IMG/VR virus record: IMGVR_UViG_3300025018_000065
Location: 1-37,348 of that record
Origin: a virus
Lineage: Duplodnaviria > Caudoviricetes
Strand: one strand, 5' to 3'
DNA: 37,348 nt
The notes under the pieces were generated by a model. The model saw nothing but the letters and a program-made list of their open reading frames with translations. It did no database searches and was not told where the DNA came from. This document shows positions 1 to 8,437 of the stretch, piece after piece (positions within the stretch are counted from its first letter, which is position 1; each line of letters opens with the position of its first letter). Made by a program: the position numbers and the translations under genes.

Positions 1-120
1 TCGGCCCCAAGTTCCCCGAGCTGGTGAAGAAGGGCAAGATGAACTGGCCTTTCGTTGACAACGAAGACAAGGTTGACGACGACGACAACCCAATCCCCGG
101 CTTCGAGAATCCAGGCTGCT
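1..120. repeat. 120-bp direct terminal overlap (copy 1); circular assembly
   Basis: 1-120 is identical to 37229-37348. Confidence 0.97.
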
Positions 121-428
121 CTGTGGGCTTCAAATCCAAAGACAAACCCGGCATCGTGGACGCTGACGCTGAGCCTATCATGGACAAGTCGGAAATCTAC
201 GACGGTATGCGTGCCCGTGTTTCCTGCCGTCCGTTTGCCTACGACAACGAGTCCAAGGGCGTGGCCTTCTACCTGATCAACGTGCAGAAGCTGGACGACG
301 GCGACCGTCTGTCTGGTGACCCAGCAGCCGAGGACGACTTCAAGGCAGCGAAGGGCAAGAAACCCGCTGGCGAGCCTGCACCCAAGAAGGCTTCCCGCAA
401 CGATGAAGACATTGACGATTTGCTCTAG
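1..428 (+). CDS. DUF2815-family ssDNA-binding protein, 3' part (starts at 37039 across the join; ~205 aa total)
   Basis: EIYDGMRARVS...FAYDNESKGVAFYLINVQKLDDGDRLSG motif; acidic tail EDIDDLL; in frame with ATG 37039; lies between DUF2800 and PolA. Confidence 0.88.
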   Translation, partial: GPKFPELVKKGKMNWPFVDNEDKVDDDDNPIPGFENPGCSVGFKSKDKPGIVDADAEPIMDKSEIYDGMRARVSCRPFAYDNESKGVAFYLINVQKLDDGDRLSGDPAAEDDFKAAKGKKPAGEPAPKKASRNDEDIDDLL

Positions 429-492
429 AATGTGAGCACACCGCGCCTCAGGGTTCTGAGGCACTCAACTTAACCGAACTGGAGTATTTCAC

Positions 493-951
493 ATGAGCAA
501 AGCAAACGATATCGACGACCTGTTGGGCGACGCACCTGCAACCAAGGCACCAGCTAAGAAGGCTGCTGCCAAGACCAAGGCTGCACCCGTGGCTGAAGCC
601 AAGCCTGCTGCGAAGAAGGCAGTCGCCAAGGCCGAACCCGAAGCCAAGGCACCAGCTAAGAAGGCTGCTGCGAAGAAGGAAGAAGACCTGCTGGGTGAAG
701 CACCTGCCAAGGCAAAGTCTGTGAAGGCCCCCATCAGCTTCGCTGAAGGTGAGCGCCAGACCATCGCCGATGCCGTGACTGCACACTTCAAGCGCAGCAA
801 GAAGGGCATCAACAGCAAGGACCTCGCAGCCAAGCTGGAAACCGAAACCCGCAAGCTCCGTGTTGTGTTGTACGCACTGGTCACCAAGGGTGTTGTGTCC
901 CTCGAACCCGGCGCAAGCAAGGTCGCTGGCATGACGGTCTCCCCGGCCTAA
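493..951 (+). CDS. Lys/Ala-rich (PAKKAAAK) protein with C-terminal winged-helix-like domain
   Basis: GGAG RBS; repeated KAPAKKAAAK; C-terminal INSKDLAAKL..ETRKLRVVLYALVTKGVV resembles a wHTH. Confidence 0.7.
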   Translation: MSKANDIDDLLGDAPATKAPAKKAAAKTKAAPVAEAKPAAKKAVAKAEPEAKAPAKKAAAKKEEDLLGEAPAKAKSVKAPISFAEGERQTIADAVTAHFKRSKKGINSKDLAAKLETETRKLRVVLYALVTKGVVSLEPGASKVAGMTVSPA

Positions 952-970
952 TAGCTGGCCTTCACCCTCG

Positions 971-1013
971 TGTGGCCCCGTTGGTATTCGTACCTCGGGG
1001 CCACAGTTACTTT
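971..1013 (+). terminator. UUCG-capped hairpin upstream of DNA polymerase (terminator or attenuator)
   Basis: TGTGGCCCCG/CGGGGCCACA stem, inner GGTA-TTCG-TACC, followed by GTTACTTT. Confidence 0.5.
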
Positions 1014-1025
1014 CGGGATTACAAC

Positions 1026-2993
1026 ATGCCAACAGAGATAGGCCACTTAGACTTCGAAACCTTCTCAGAGATAGACATCCGCAAGGTCGGGGCACACCGC
1101 TACGCACGGCACCCTTCCACGGAAGTGCTCATCGCCTGCTACCTACTACCCGGCATGGATGAGGTTGAGGTTTGGCTACCACGCCAGGAAGCCCCACCAG
1201 CGCGTCTAATGTCCTGGATTAGGCAAGGGGGTAAGGTAGGTGCGCACAACGCAGCCTTTGAGCGTTCTGTGTGGCGCTGGGCTCTTCGCCGCATGCACCC
1301 AAGCGTACCAGAGATCAAGGACAACCAGTGGGCCTGTACCGCAGCCAAGGCAGCAGCGTCCGGCCTGCCCCGTAGCTTAGAGAAGGCGCTGAAGGCTGCT
1401 GGCCTGGAGGTTGAGAAAGACCTGGAAGGTGGCAAGCTGATCAAGGTGTTCTGTGGGCCACGCAAGCCCACGAAGGCTGATGCACGCACACGGATACTCC
1501 CCGAGCAAGACCCACGGTTCCAGCGCTTCATCGAGTACTGCCAGCAAGATGTTCGTGGTGAGGTAGCTCTGGACGAAGCCCTGCCAGACCTGATACCTCG
1601 TCAGCGTCGCATGTTCCTGTTGGATATGGCTATGAACGACCGTGGTCTGCCGATTGACATACCGTTGGTGCGCAAGGCACTGAAGGTGGTCAAGTCGCTG
1701 GAAGAAGACATCGGCAGGCGTGTCAGTGCGCTGACTGGTGGCCTGAAGGCTACCCAAGTAGCCAAGATGATTGAGATGTTCGCTGAACGTGGGCTTGACA
1801 TTGCGAACATGCAGAAGAACACCATCGAGGAAGCGCTGAAGGACTCCAAGCTGGACGCTGGCACCCGTGCTCTGCTGGAGCTCCGTGTTGAGGCAGGCAA
1901 GGCCAGCACCAAGAAGCTCATCAGTATGATGGCCTGCGCCGACCCCGACGACTGGGTGGTGCAAGGGGGCTTCCTCTACCACGGTGCCCACACGGGTCGC
2001 TACGCTGGCCGACTGGTGCAGCCGCACAACTTCATCCGGGGCATGCTCAAGGACCACCAGCGCGACATGGTGTTCGCCCTGCTGGAGTACGAAGATGCAG
2101 AGTTGTTCACACTGCTGTACGACAAGCCGATTGACGTCATCAGCCAGTGCATGCGAGGCTTTATCCGTGCTCCCAAGGGTTACGAGCTGGCTGTCGTCGA
2201 CTACACGGCTATAGAGGCACGTATCCTGGCATGGGTAGCAGGCGAAGAAACCATCCTGGCTGCATACCGCAAGGGTCTGGACGTGTACAAGGTCATGGCG
2301 GTGACGCTGTTCCAGCTGAAGGACGTGTCTGAGGTATCTGACGAGCAGCGTCGCATCGCCAAGAACTTGGTGCTGGGTTGTGGGTATCAACTAGGTGGCG
2401 TGAAGTTCGTTGACTACTGTGCCAACGCTGGCGTGATCATCACCGAGGAGTTCGCCAAGAGCGCTGTGACCACGTACCGCAAGGGCGTCCCGGCCATCGT
2501 TGCAAGCTGGAAGACGGTGGAGAACCTTGTGGCTATGGCTATCAGGCATCCAGGCACCACGTACGAAGGACTCACGTGCAAGTTCTACATGAGCAGCCAT
2601 TGGCTCTGCATCGAGCTGCCCTCCGGCCGGAGCATCCGTTACCCGTATGCGCGTGCTGTGCCTGTAGAGCGTTGGGGCAAGCCAGCGTACGAGATCAGCT
2701 TCCGCACCGAGATCAAGGGTCAGTTCGTACGTGAGAAGACCTACGGTGGCAAGCTGATTGAGAACATCGTGCAGGGCATCGCCTTCGACGTGATGCAGGA
2801 AGGCATGTTGTCCGCTGAGACCAACGGCTACCCGGTCATCGGCACCGTACACGACGAAGCGCTGACACTACGTAAGGTCGGCACCAGCAACATCAAGGAA
2901 CTGGAAGCGTTGGTCTGCAACGTGCCAGCATGGAGCAAGGGCATGCCTCTGGCAGCGAAAGGGTTTATATGCGAACGGTACAAGAAAGACTAA
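1026..2993 (+). CDS. Family A DNA polymerase with 3'-5' exonuclease (APSE/SPO2-like)
   Basis: ExoI LDFET, AHNAAFER, YCQQDV; TGRYAG; motif A DYTAIEAR; motif B RRIAKNLVLGCGY; motif C TVHDE. Confidence 0.95.
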   Translation: MPTEIGHLDFETFSEIDIRKVGAHRYARHPSTEVLIACYLLPGMDEVEVWLPRQEAPPARLMSWIRQGGKVGAHNAAFERSVWRWALRRMHPSVPEIKDNQWACTAAKAAASGLPRSLEKALKAAGLEVEKDLEGGKLIKVFCGPRKPTKADARTRILPEQDPRFQRFIEYCQQDVRGEVALDEALPDLIPRQRRMFLLDMAMNDRGLPIDIPLVRKALKVVKSLEEDIGRRVSALTGGLKATQVAKMIEMFAERGLDIANMQKNTIEEALKDSKLDAGTRALLELRVEAGKASTKKLISMMACADPDDWVVQGGFLYHGAHTGRYAGRLVQPHNFIRGMLKDHQRDMVFALLEYEDAELFTLLYDKPIDVISQCMRGFIRAPKGYELAVVDYTAIEARILAWVAGEETILAAYRKGLDVYKVMAVTLFQLKDVSEVSDEQRRIAKNLVLGCGYQLGGVKFVDYCANAGVIITEEFAKSAVTTYRKGVPAIVASWKTVENLVAMAIRHPGTTYEGLTCKFYMSSHWLCIELPSGRSIRYPYARAVPVERWGKPAYEISFRTEIKGQFVREKTYGGKLIENIVQGIAFDVMQEGMLSAETNGYPVIGTVHDEALTLRKVGTSNIKELEALVCNVPAWSKGMPLAAKGFICERYKKD

Positions 2994-3280
2994 CTAGCGA
3001 AGCCACGGTAGAGAACCATCTGCGCAAGGGCGTCAAGCTGTTGCGTGGCCTATGCATCAAACTCAACCCGTTCAGCGCACGGGGCATCCCCGACAGGATG
3101 GTGCTGTTGCCTGGAGGGGTTGTGCTGTTCGTGGAATTGAAGAGGCCTGTAGGCGGTAAGTTTGAACCGCTTCAGGAACGTATTCAAGACAAGCTGCGTA
3201 AAATGGGGTTTACCGTCGTGGTGTGTTACACCAAGACACAAGTTGACGAACTACTGAAGGAATACCATGTTGAAGGCTAA
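2969..3280 (+). CDS. VRR-NUC domain nuclease
   Basis: E..VE, GIPDR, FVELKRP, LQ motifs; between PolA and SNF2. Confidence 0.88.
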   Translation: MRTVQERLTSEATVENHLRKGVKLLRGLCIKLNPFSARGIPDRMVLLPGGVVLFVELKRPVGGKFEPLQERIQDKLRKMGFTVVVCYTKTQVDELLKEYHVEG

Positions 3281-3401
3281 GGCGTATGTGATGATAGATG
3301 GCATCTGGGTGCAGGTTTACCCGGCAGACACGTGGCTGAGCTGGGTAGGCTACGGTACTGCCTTCGCCCTGTTGTGCGTTACCATCGGTATCTGGCTGTG
3401 A
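3267..3401 (+). CDS. 44-aa small membrane protein (not in ORF track)
   Basis: MLKAKAYVMIDGIWVQVYPADTWLSWVGYGTAFALLCVTIGIWL; AAGGA RBS; stop overlaps the SNF2 GTG start (GTGA). Confidence 0.55.
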   Translation: MLKAKAYVMIDGIWVQVYPADTWLSWVGYGTAFALLCVTIGIWL

Positions 3402-4834
3402 CGCTTCAGCGCAAAGACCTTCGCAAGTACCAAGGCAAGGGCGTGGACTTCGTCAAGAAGCACCGTCGTGCTGGCCTGTTCCTGGACATGGGCTTGGGCA
3501 AGACCATCATCACGCTCACTGCTGCTGTTGACCTGCTGAGTGCTGGTGTGGTGAACCGTATCCTGTTGGTGGCACCGTTGCGTCCTGCTCAGGGCGTGTG
3601 GCGTCAAGAAGCGAAGAAGTGGCAACACACGAAGCACCTGACGTTCAAGATGCTGACTGGCAACGAGCGTCAGCGCCTGATGGCCCTCAACAGCAGCGCA
3701 CAGATACACGTGATCAACGTGGACAACTTCCGTTGGTTGCTGAACGTGTTGCGTGGACGTGCTCGCAAGTACGGATGGCCTTACGACATGCTCGTCATCG
3801 ACGAGTCCAGCATGTTCAAGACGCCCAAGAGCAAACGCTTCAGTTCTCTACGCTACCAAGTCAAGCGCTTCGACCGTCGTGTGATTCTGACTGGCACACC
3901 TGCACCCAAAGGTCTGCTGGACTTGTGGTCACAGATATTCATCCTGGACGAAGGCCAGCGTCTGGGTGCTCAGGTGGAGCGCTACCGTAGTAGGTTCTTC
4001 ACGCCGGGTAAGGAACGTGATAACGGTTCACGCACACAGTTCGGGTACACGCCTGACCAGACCGCCGAGCAACAGATTACCGAACTCATCAGCTCGCTGG
4101 TGCTCACCATGCGTGCCGAGGACTGGCTGGAGCTGCCCCCCACCATCAAGCAAGAGGTCTACGTTGACCTGCCTCCTGCAGCACGGAAGACGTATAAGCA
4201 GCTCGAGAAGGAGATGTTCCTTGAGATGGAGATGGGCAGCACCGAGGCCCTCAGCGCAGCCAGCTTGTCGTCCAAGTGCTGGCAGCTAGCCAACGGGTTC
4301 ATCTACCTGGAAGACGACGCTGGTGCCAAGACGTGGCAGGCAGTGCACGACGCCAAGATGGAAGCCTTGCACGAGGTCATCGACGGTGTTGGTGGCAATG
4401 TGCTGGTGGCCTACTGGTTCAAGCCCGATCTGGCACGCCTGAAGAGCATGTTCCCCAAGGCACCAGCTATCGCCGACTGCAAGAACGAACGAATGCTCGC
4501 CAAGCTGCAAGACGAGTGGAACGCTGGCAAACACCCCGTGATGTTCGTCCATCCGCAAGGTGCAGGCCACGGACTGAACTTGCAAGGTGGAGGCAACACC
4601 ATCGTGTTCTACAGCATGCTCTGGGGACGCGAGTTCTACGCTCAGGTGATCGAGCGCATCGGGGCAGCACGGCAGATCAGTACAGGGCGTGACCACGTGA
4701 TGGTGAAGCACATAATCGCACGAGATACCGTGGATGAGGTTATGCTGCAGACACAACGGGTGCGCCATGCGGACGAACGGGCAGTATTCAAGATGCTCAA
4801 GGAATACCGCGAAGTTCAAGAATTGTTGGCATAG
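3398..4834 (+). CDS. SNF2-family (SF2) helicase
   Basis: LRKYQ Q-motif, DMGLGKT, IDESS, LTGTP, GHGLNLQ, QVIERI; GTG start 3398 chosen by overlap. Confidence 0.92.
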   Translation: MTLQRKDLRKYQGKGVDFVKKHRRAGLFLDMGLGKTIITLTAAVDLLSAGVVNRILLVAPLRPAQGVWRQEAKKWQHTKHLTFKMLTGNERQRLMALNSSAQIHVINVDNFRWLLNVLRGRARKYGWPYDMLVIDESSMFKTPKSKRFSSLRYQVKRFDRRVILTGTPAPKGLLDLWSQIFILDEGQRLGAQVERYRSRFFTPGKERDNGSRTQFGYTPDQTAEQQITELISSLVLTMRAEDWLELPPTIKQEVYVDLPPAARKTYKQLEKEMFLEMEMGSTEALSAASLSSKCWQLANGFIYLEDDAGAKTWQAVHDAKMEALHEVIDGVGGNVLVAYWFKPDLARLKSMFPKAPAIADCKNERMLAKLQDEWNAGKHPVMFVHPQGAGHGLNLQGGGNTIVFYSMLWGREFYAQVIERIGAARQISTGRDHVMVKHIIARDTVDEVMLQTQRVRHADERAVFKMLKEYREVQELLA

Positions 4835-4848
4835 GCTTTTCATCAACC

Positions 4849-4863
4849 GATACCGTAGGTATC
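4849..4863. promoter_or_regulatory. GATACC-N3-GGTATC palindrome (perfect copy)
   Basis: GATACCGTAGGTATC just upstream of the RBS of the modification cluster; perfect copies also at 9196, 22002, 36217. Confidence 0.6.
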
Positions 4864-4879
4864 ACAACAGGAGATAGAC

Positions 4880-5710
4880 GTGAATGTAAAATCTTTGGTA
4901 GCCACAGACCACACGGGTGACTGGCGCAAGTTCGCTAACCAGATGTTCAAGCTCGAGGACGCTGACCCCGGATACATGCTGCTGGCACGCGCTGAGATGG
5001 ATGATGCCAAGAAGCTGCGCTACATCATGGCGTGGTGCACGTTCTACAATCCGGGTCTGGCAGCGCGTGCAAGCGACTTCCAGGGTGCCAAGTTCTACGA
5101 GTTCCTGCGATACGTGTACCCGCATGCCAAACGTGCTTCAGAGCGTCGGCACTTCCGTGGGCAGGCAGGGCTGAAGGCGATGGCGCAGTGGCAGAGCCTG
5201 TACCCCAAGCCAGAATCTATGGTGGAAGCCTGCTTCGCTTCGTCGTACATGGGCGTGCGCAAGAACATGAGCCACATGACGCAGATGGGCGACTACTTCT
5301 ACTGGAAGCTGGCCGACATCCAAGACACGGTGTTCCACAAGCCAGTGGACTTCACCGGGTGTGAGAAGTACATGCCGAAGGTGCCGAAGCAGGGTGCAGA
5401 CATGATCGGGGACATGGAGAACACCTTCGAGCTGGAGGCTATCATGGCCATCGTGACCAAGCACATCGGCAAGCTGGATCATCCGTTCACTGAACGCAAG
5501 CTGGCTCTGCAGGAAGCTGAGACTGTGTGCTGTGTGTTCAAGCAGCACGTTGTCGGCGATTACAAGTTCGGCTTCCGTAGTGCCAAGGCATATAAGCGCT
5601 TGAAGGGCATGGTTGCAGAGACCCCAACGGCACAAGTCCTGCTGGATGGCCTGTACGCTGGTGGCATCTGGGACGAAGAAGCACTGGTGGCGGTAGGAGA
5701 ACACCTGTGA
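4880..5710 (+). CDS. Amino acid:DNA transferase (aGPT-Pplase2-like, HhH-glycosylase fold)
   Basis: WCTFYNPGLA, RASERRHFRG, GDYFYWKLAD, QEAETVCC..K motifs as in M6/ViI-type transferases; adjacent to 5-hmdU kinase and hydroxymethylase. Confidence 0.8.
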   Translation: MNVKSLVATDHTGDWRKFANQMFKLEDADPGYMLLARAEMDDAKKLRYIMAWCTFYNPGLAARASDFQGAKFYEFLRYVYPHAKRASERRHFRGQAGLKAMAQWQSLYPKPESMVEACFASSYMGVRKNMSHMTQMGDYFYWKLADIQDTVFHKPVDFTGCEKYMPKVPKQGADMIGDMENTFELEAIMAIVTKHIGKLDHPFTERKLALQEAETVCCVFKQHVVGDYKFGFRSAKAYKRLKGMVAETPTAQVLLDGLYAGGIWDEEALVAVGEHL

Positions 5711-6285
5711 CCACGCTCGTCTACGTGCATGGCACCAACGGAAGTGGCAAGAGCACCCTCGCCCGTGCTGTGCTGGCTGCTGCTGGTGGCGCCTTTGACG
5801 TGTGCAAGCTGGCAGCTACACCCAAGGCTACATGGACACGCACTGGCGCAGAGGGCGTGGTCCTGGCTGGCAAGTACGGCACCGCTTGTGGAGGCGTGGA
5901 TGGCATGCAACCCTACGCAGCCCTGCACGATGTGCTCCAGTACAACGTGCAGGCGAAGTGCAGTGTGTTCGCTGAAGGTCTGGTCACTCCAGGCGTTGAC
6001 ACGTGCGCAACGTTCGCCAGCTACTTTGACCGTGCTGTGTTCATCCTGCTGGATACGCCTGAAACCGACTGTATCCTGAACGTGCTGAAGCGCCGGAAGG
6101 CCAAGGGCGCCACGAAGCCCTACGACCCCAAGAACCTGTACCGCAAGCTGGCCAGCGCACGTAGCTGGGCAACACGTCTTGAACGAGCAGGTCTTGAAGT
6201 ACACCGGGTACAATACCGTCAGGCGTACAACATGGCGCTGGAGCTGCTGGGTCTCCCCGAACCCAGCGTAGATGATCTTCTCTGA
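5707..6285 (+). CDS. P-loop 5-hydroxymethyluridine DNA kinase (5-HMUDK)
   Basis: VHGTNGSGKST Walker A, GKY..ACGGVD, FAEGL, LDTP..CI.NV..RR; genomic context. Confidence 0.82.
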   Translation: MTTLVYVHGTNGSGKSTLARAVLAAAGGAFDVCKLAATPKATWTRTGAEGVVLAGKYGTACGGVDGMQPYAALHDVLQYNVQAKCSVFAEGLVTPGVDTCATFASYFDRAVFILLDTPETDCILNVLKRRKAKGATKPYDPKNLYRKLASARSWATRLERAGLEVHRVQYRQAYNMALELLGLPEPSVDDLL

Positions 6286-6298
6286 AAGGCAACACAAC

Positions 6299-7348
6299 AT
6301 GAACGACAACCGTTATGGCGCTATCCTGCGCGTCAACAACGTCAACGAAGCCCTGCCTCTGGGCTTGACCCTGCTGCAAGAGCGTGGCGTGCTATCCGAG
6401 TCCCGTGGCTTGACTACCATGCGGGTTCCAGGCCCCGTGAGTACGGTGTACTCCAACCCACGTCAGCGCGTGCTATTCGATACCATCCGTGACGCTAACC
6501 CGTTCTTCCACTTGATCGAGTCCTTATGGATTCTGTCTGGCAGCAACCGGGTTGAGCTGCCCAAATACTTCTTAGACAACATCAGTCAGTTCAGTGACGA
6601 CGGTGTGGTGTTCCATGGCGCGTATGGGCACCGTCTGCGCAACGCCTTCGGCTTTGACCAGATTGAGCGTGCCTGTGATATGCTGAAGCGCAAGCCAGAC
6701 ACACGGCAAGTCGTGATGAGCATCTGGAACCCCATCATGGACCTGGACAAGTCGACCAAGGACATGCCCTGCAACGACATGGTCATGCTGGACATCGTGG
6801 AAGGCCAGCTCAACATGACGGTGTGCAACCGAAGCAACGACGCTGTGTGGGGTGCCTACGGTGCCAACGCAGTGCAGTTCAGCATCCTGCAAGAGTTCAT
6901 CGCGATCATGGTGGGTGCGCAGGTAGGCTACTACGTTCAGCAGTCCAACAACTACCACGCCTACACGGACAACCCGTTCTGGCTGAAGTTCCGCGAGGGG
7001 GAGTACGAGCATGGTCACGTTCACAACCCGTATTCCATGGATTCGGTACATCCGTATCCGCTGGCTGCTGACGCGGAAGATGCACTTATGCTGTACTACG
7101 ATTGTATTCGTATGGCGACGCAGGTAGAGCAGGGTGAAATCCTTGCCCACGTTGAGTACGTGTCTGAGTTCGGGCGTAACGTGGTTGCTCCCGTTGTGCG
7201 TGCGTACGATATGTATAAGGCGAAGCTCTACGCCAGCTCGTTGGCGATCATCCAAGAGCTGCCTGCTGAGGACTGGCGACTTGCTATGTTCGAGTGGGTG
7301 CAACGTCGTGCTCACCGTGCATCTGATAAGAAAGTGGTGCTAGCATGA
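6299..7348 (+). CDS. dUMP hydroxymethylase (thymidylate synthase fold)
   Basis: RDANPFFHLIESLWILSG, YGHRLR, DTRQVV, catalytic PCN, NRSND..WGAYGAN (Asn indicates dUMP specificity), NYHAY. Confidence 0.88.
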   Translation: MNDNRYGAILRVNNVNEALPLGLTLLQERGVLSESRGLTTMRVPGPVSTVYSNPRQRVLFDTIRDANPFFHLIESLWILSGSNRVELPKYFLDNISQFSDDGVVFHGAYGHRLRNAFGFDQIERACDMLKRKPDTRQVVMSIWNPIMDLDKSTKDMPCNDMVMLDIVEGQLNMTVCNRSNDAVWGAYGANAVQFSILQEFIAIMVGAQVGYYVQQSNNYHAYTDNPFWLKFREGEYEHGHVHNPYSMDSVHPYPLAADAEDALMLYYDCIRMATQVEQGEILAHVEYVSEFGRNVVAPVVRAYDMYKAKLYASSLAIIQELPAEDWRLAMFEWVQRRAHRASDKKVVLA

Positions 7349-7884
7349 AAGCCCTCGTAGAAGCCACGCTGTACCGTGATGCTGGTGCAGTGCAGCGCTA
7401 CCACGTCAAGCGCACGCACCGCAACCAGACAATCGCAGAACACACGTTCGGCATGCTGATGCTCATCAAGCAGGTCAACCCGTTGTGCACCAAGAACCTG
7501 ATGAACGCTGTGTTGCACCACGACCTCCCCGAGCTGTTCACTGGTGACATACCTGCCCCCATCAAACGGGTACACCCAGAGCTGGGACCGCTGATGGACA
7601 GCATCGAGGAAGACCTGAAGCCTCTGTACCAGGACTTCCAGATCACTGTGCCTGAAGCCATCCTGCTGAAGTGGGCTGACCGTATGGAGCTGGTGCTGTG
7701 GTGCCTGGAAGAAGTCCGTATGGGAAACGTGTACTGCCGCCCAACGGTAGCGCGTGGCCTTGGCTGGATACTGATGGCAAAGATGCCTGATAACGCACAG
7801 GAGTTGACTACCGAAGTGGTGGCCGACGCCTGGACCCTTGGAATCACGCCAGCAACAGGCGCAGAACTGGAGATGAACGCATGA
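7345..7884 (+). CDS. HD-domain (YfbR/DatZ-like) deoxynucleotide phosphohydrolase
   Basis: RYH, AEH, HHDLPE..TGDIPAPIK, KWADRME. Confidence 0.85.
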   Translation: MKALVEATLYRDAGAVQRYHVKRTHRNQTIAEHTFGMLMLIKQVNPLCTKNLMNAVLHHDLPELFTGDIPAPIKRVHPELGPLMDSIEEDLKPLYQDFQITVPEAILLKWADRMELVLWCLEEVRMGNVYCRPTVARGLGWILMAKMPDNAQELTTEVVADAWTLGITPATGAELEMNA

Positions 7885-8321
7885 GCACCGCGAACAACAC
7901 CCAAGTGGGGGGCACCCACTACAAGAACCCGTTCCAGCACTGGGACCTCTGCCACGAGTTGGACCTTGGCTACTTCGAAGGCCAGATCAGCAAGTACATC
8001 ACACGGCACCGCTTCAAGAAGGGCCTGGAGGACGCTGAGAAGGCGCTGCACTTCTGCTCTAAGCTGATTGAGCTGGCACGTGACGGAGGTCGTCAGCCTC
8101 GGCACCGTGTGGTCAGCTTCGCACGCATGACGCAGTACGCTGAAGCGAACAATCTGTTGCCTATCGAGTACGCTTGCATCAACTCCGTGTGTAACTGGCA
8201 GTTCGTCGAGGACCTGACTATGTTGCAGGCACGCATTGAGCGCCTGATCACTGAGTCGTACCCACTGGACGACGGTAGTGAGCCGGGTGCTGGCTACGTT
8301 GACCAAGGCAAGGACATTTGA
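7881..8321 (+). CDS. DUF3310 (T7 gp1.7-like) nucleotide kinase domain protein
   Basis: QVGGTHY, YFEGQISKYITR, KKGLEDAEKA. Confidence 0.75.
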   Translation: MSTANNTQVGGTHYKNPFQHWDLCHELDLGYFEGQISKYITRHRFKKGLEDAEKALHFCSKLIELARDGGRQPRHRVVSFARMTQYAEANNLLPIEYACINSVCNWQFVEDLTMLQARIERLITESYPLDDGSEPGAGYVDQGKDI

Positions 8322-8375
8322 ATACCCCTACGTATTGATAGGGCTTTAACGAAAGGTCTTGGTGGAGTTCTTGAA
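8318..8375 (+). promoter_or_regulatory. Putative phage promoter element (copy of 32478-32535)
   Basis: 45/58 identity to 32478-32535 by hand alignment; core GAAAGGTCTTG also at 8784. Confidence 0.6.
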
Positions 8376-8437
8376 CGTACGAAAATGCGTTCACTGAGCA
8401 GCATTCCGCAGCTCGGAACCCTGAAAGGAACTCCACC

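Noticed and set aside
6299-7348. Ordinary thyA or dCMP hydroxymethylase
   Set aside because: The Asn specificity residue argues against dCMP, and the RDANPFFH motif with kinase and transferase neighbours favours dUMP hydroxymethylase; not biochemically proven
7345-7884. 2-aminoadenine (Z) genome pathway via DatZ-like HD enzyme
   Set aside because: No PurZ/adenylosuccinate synthetase homologue anywhere in the complete genome
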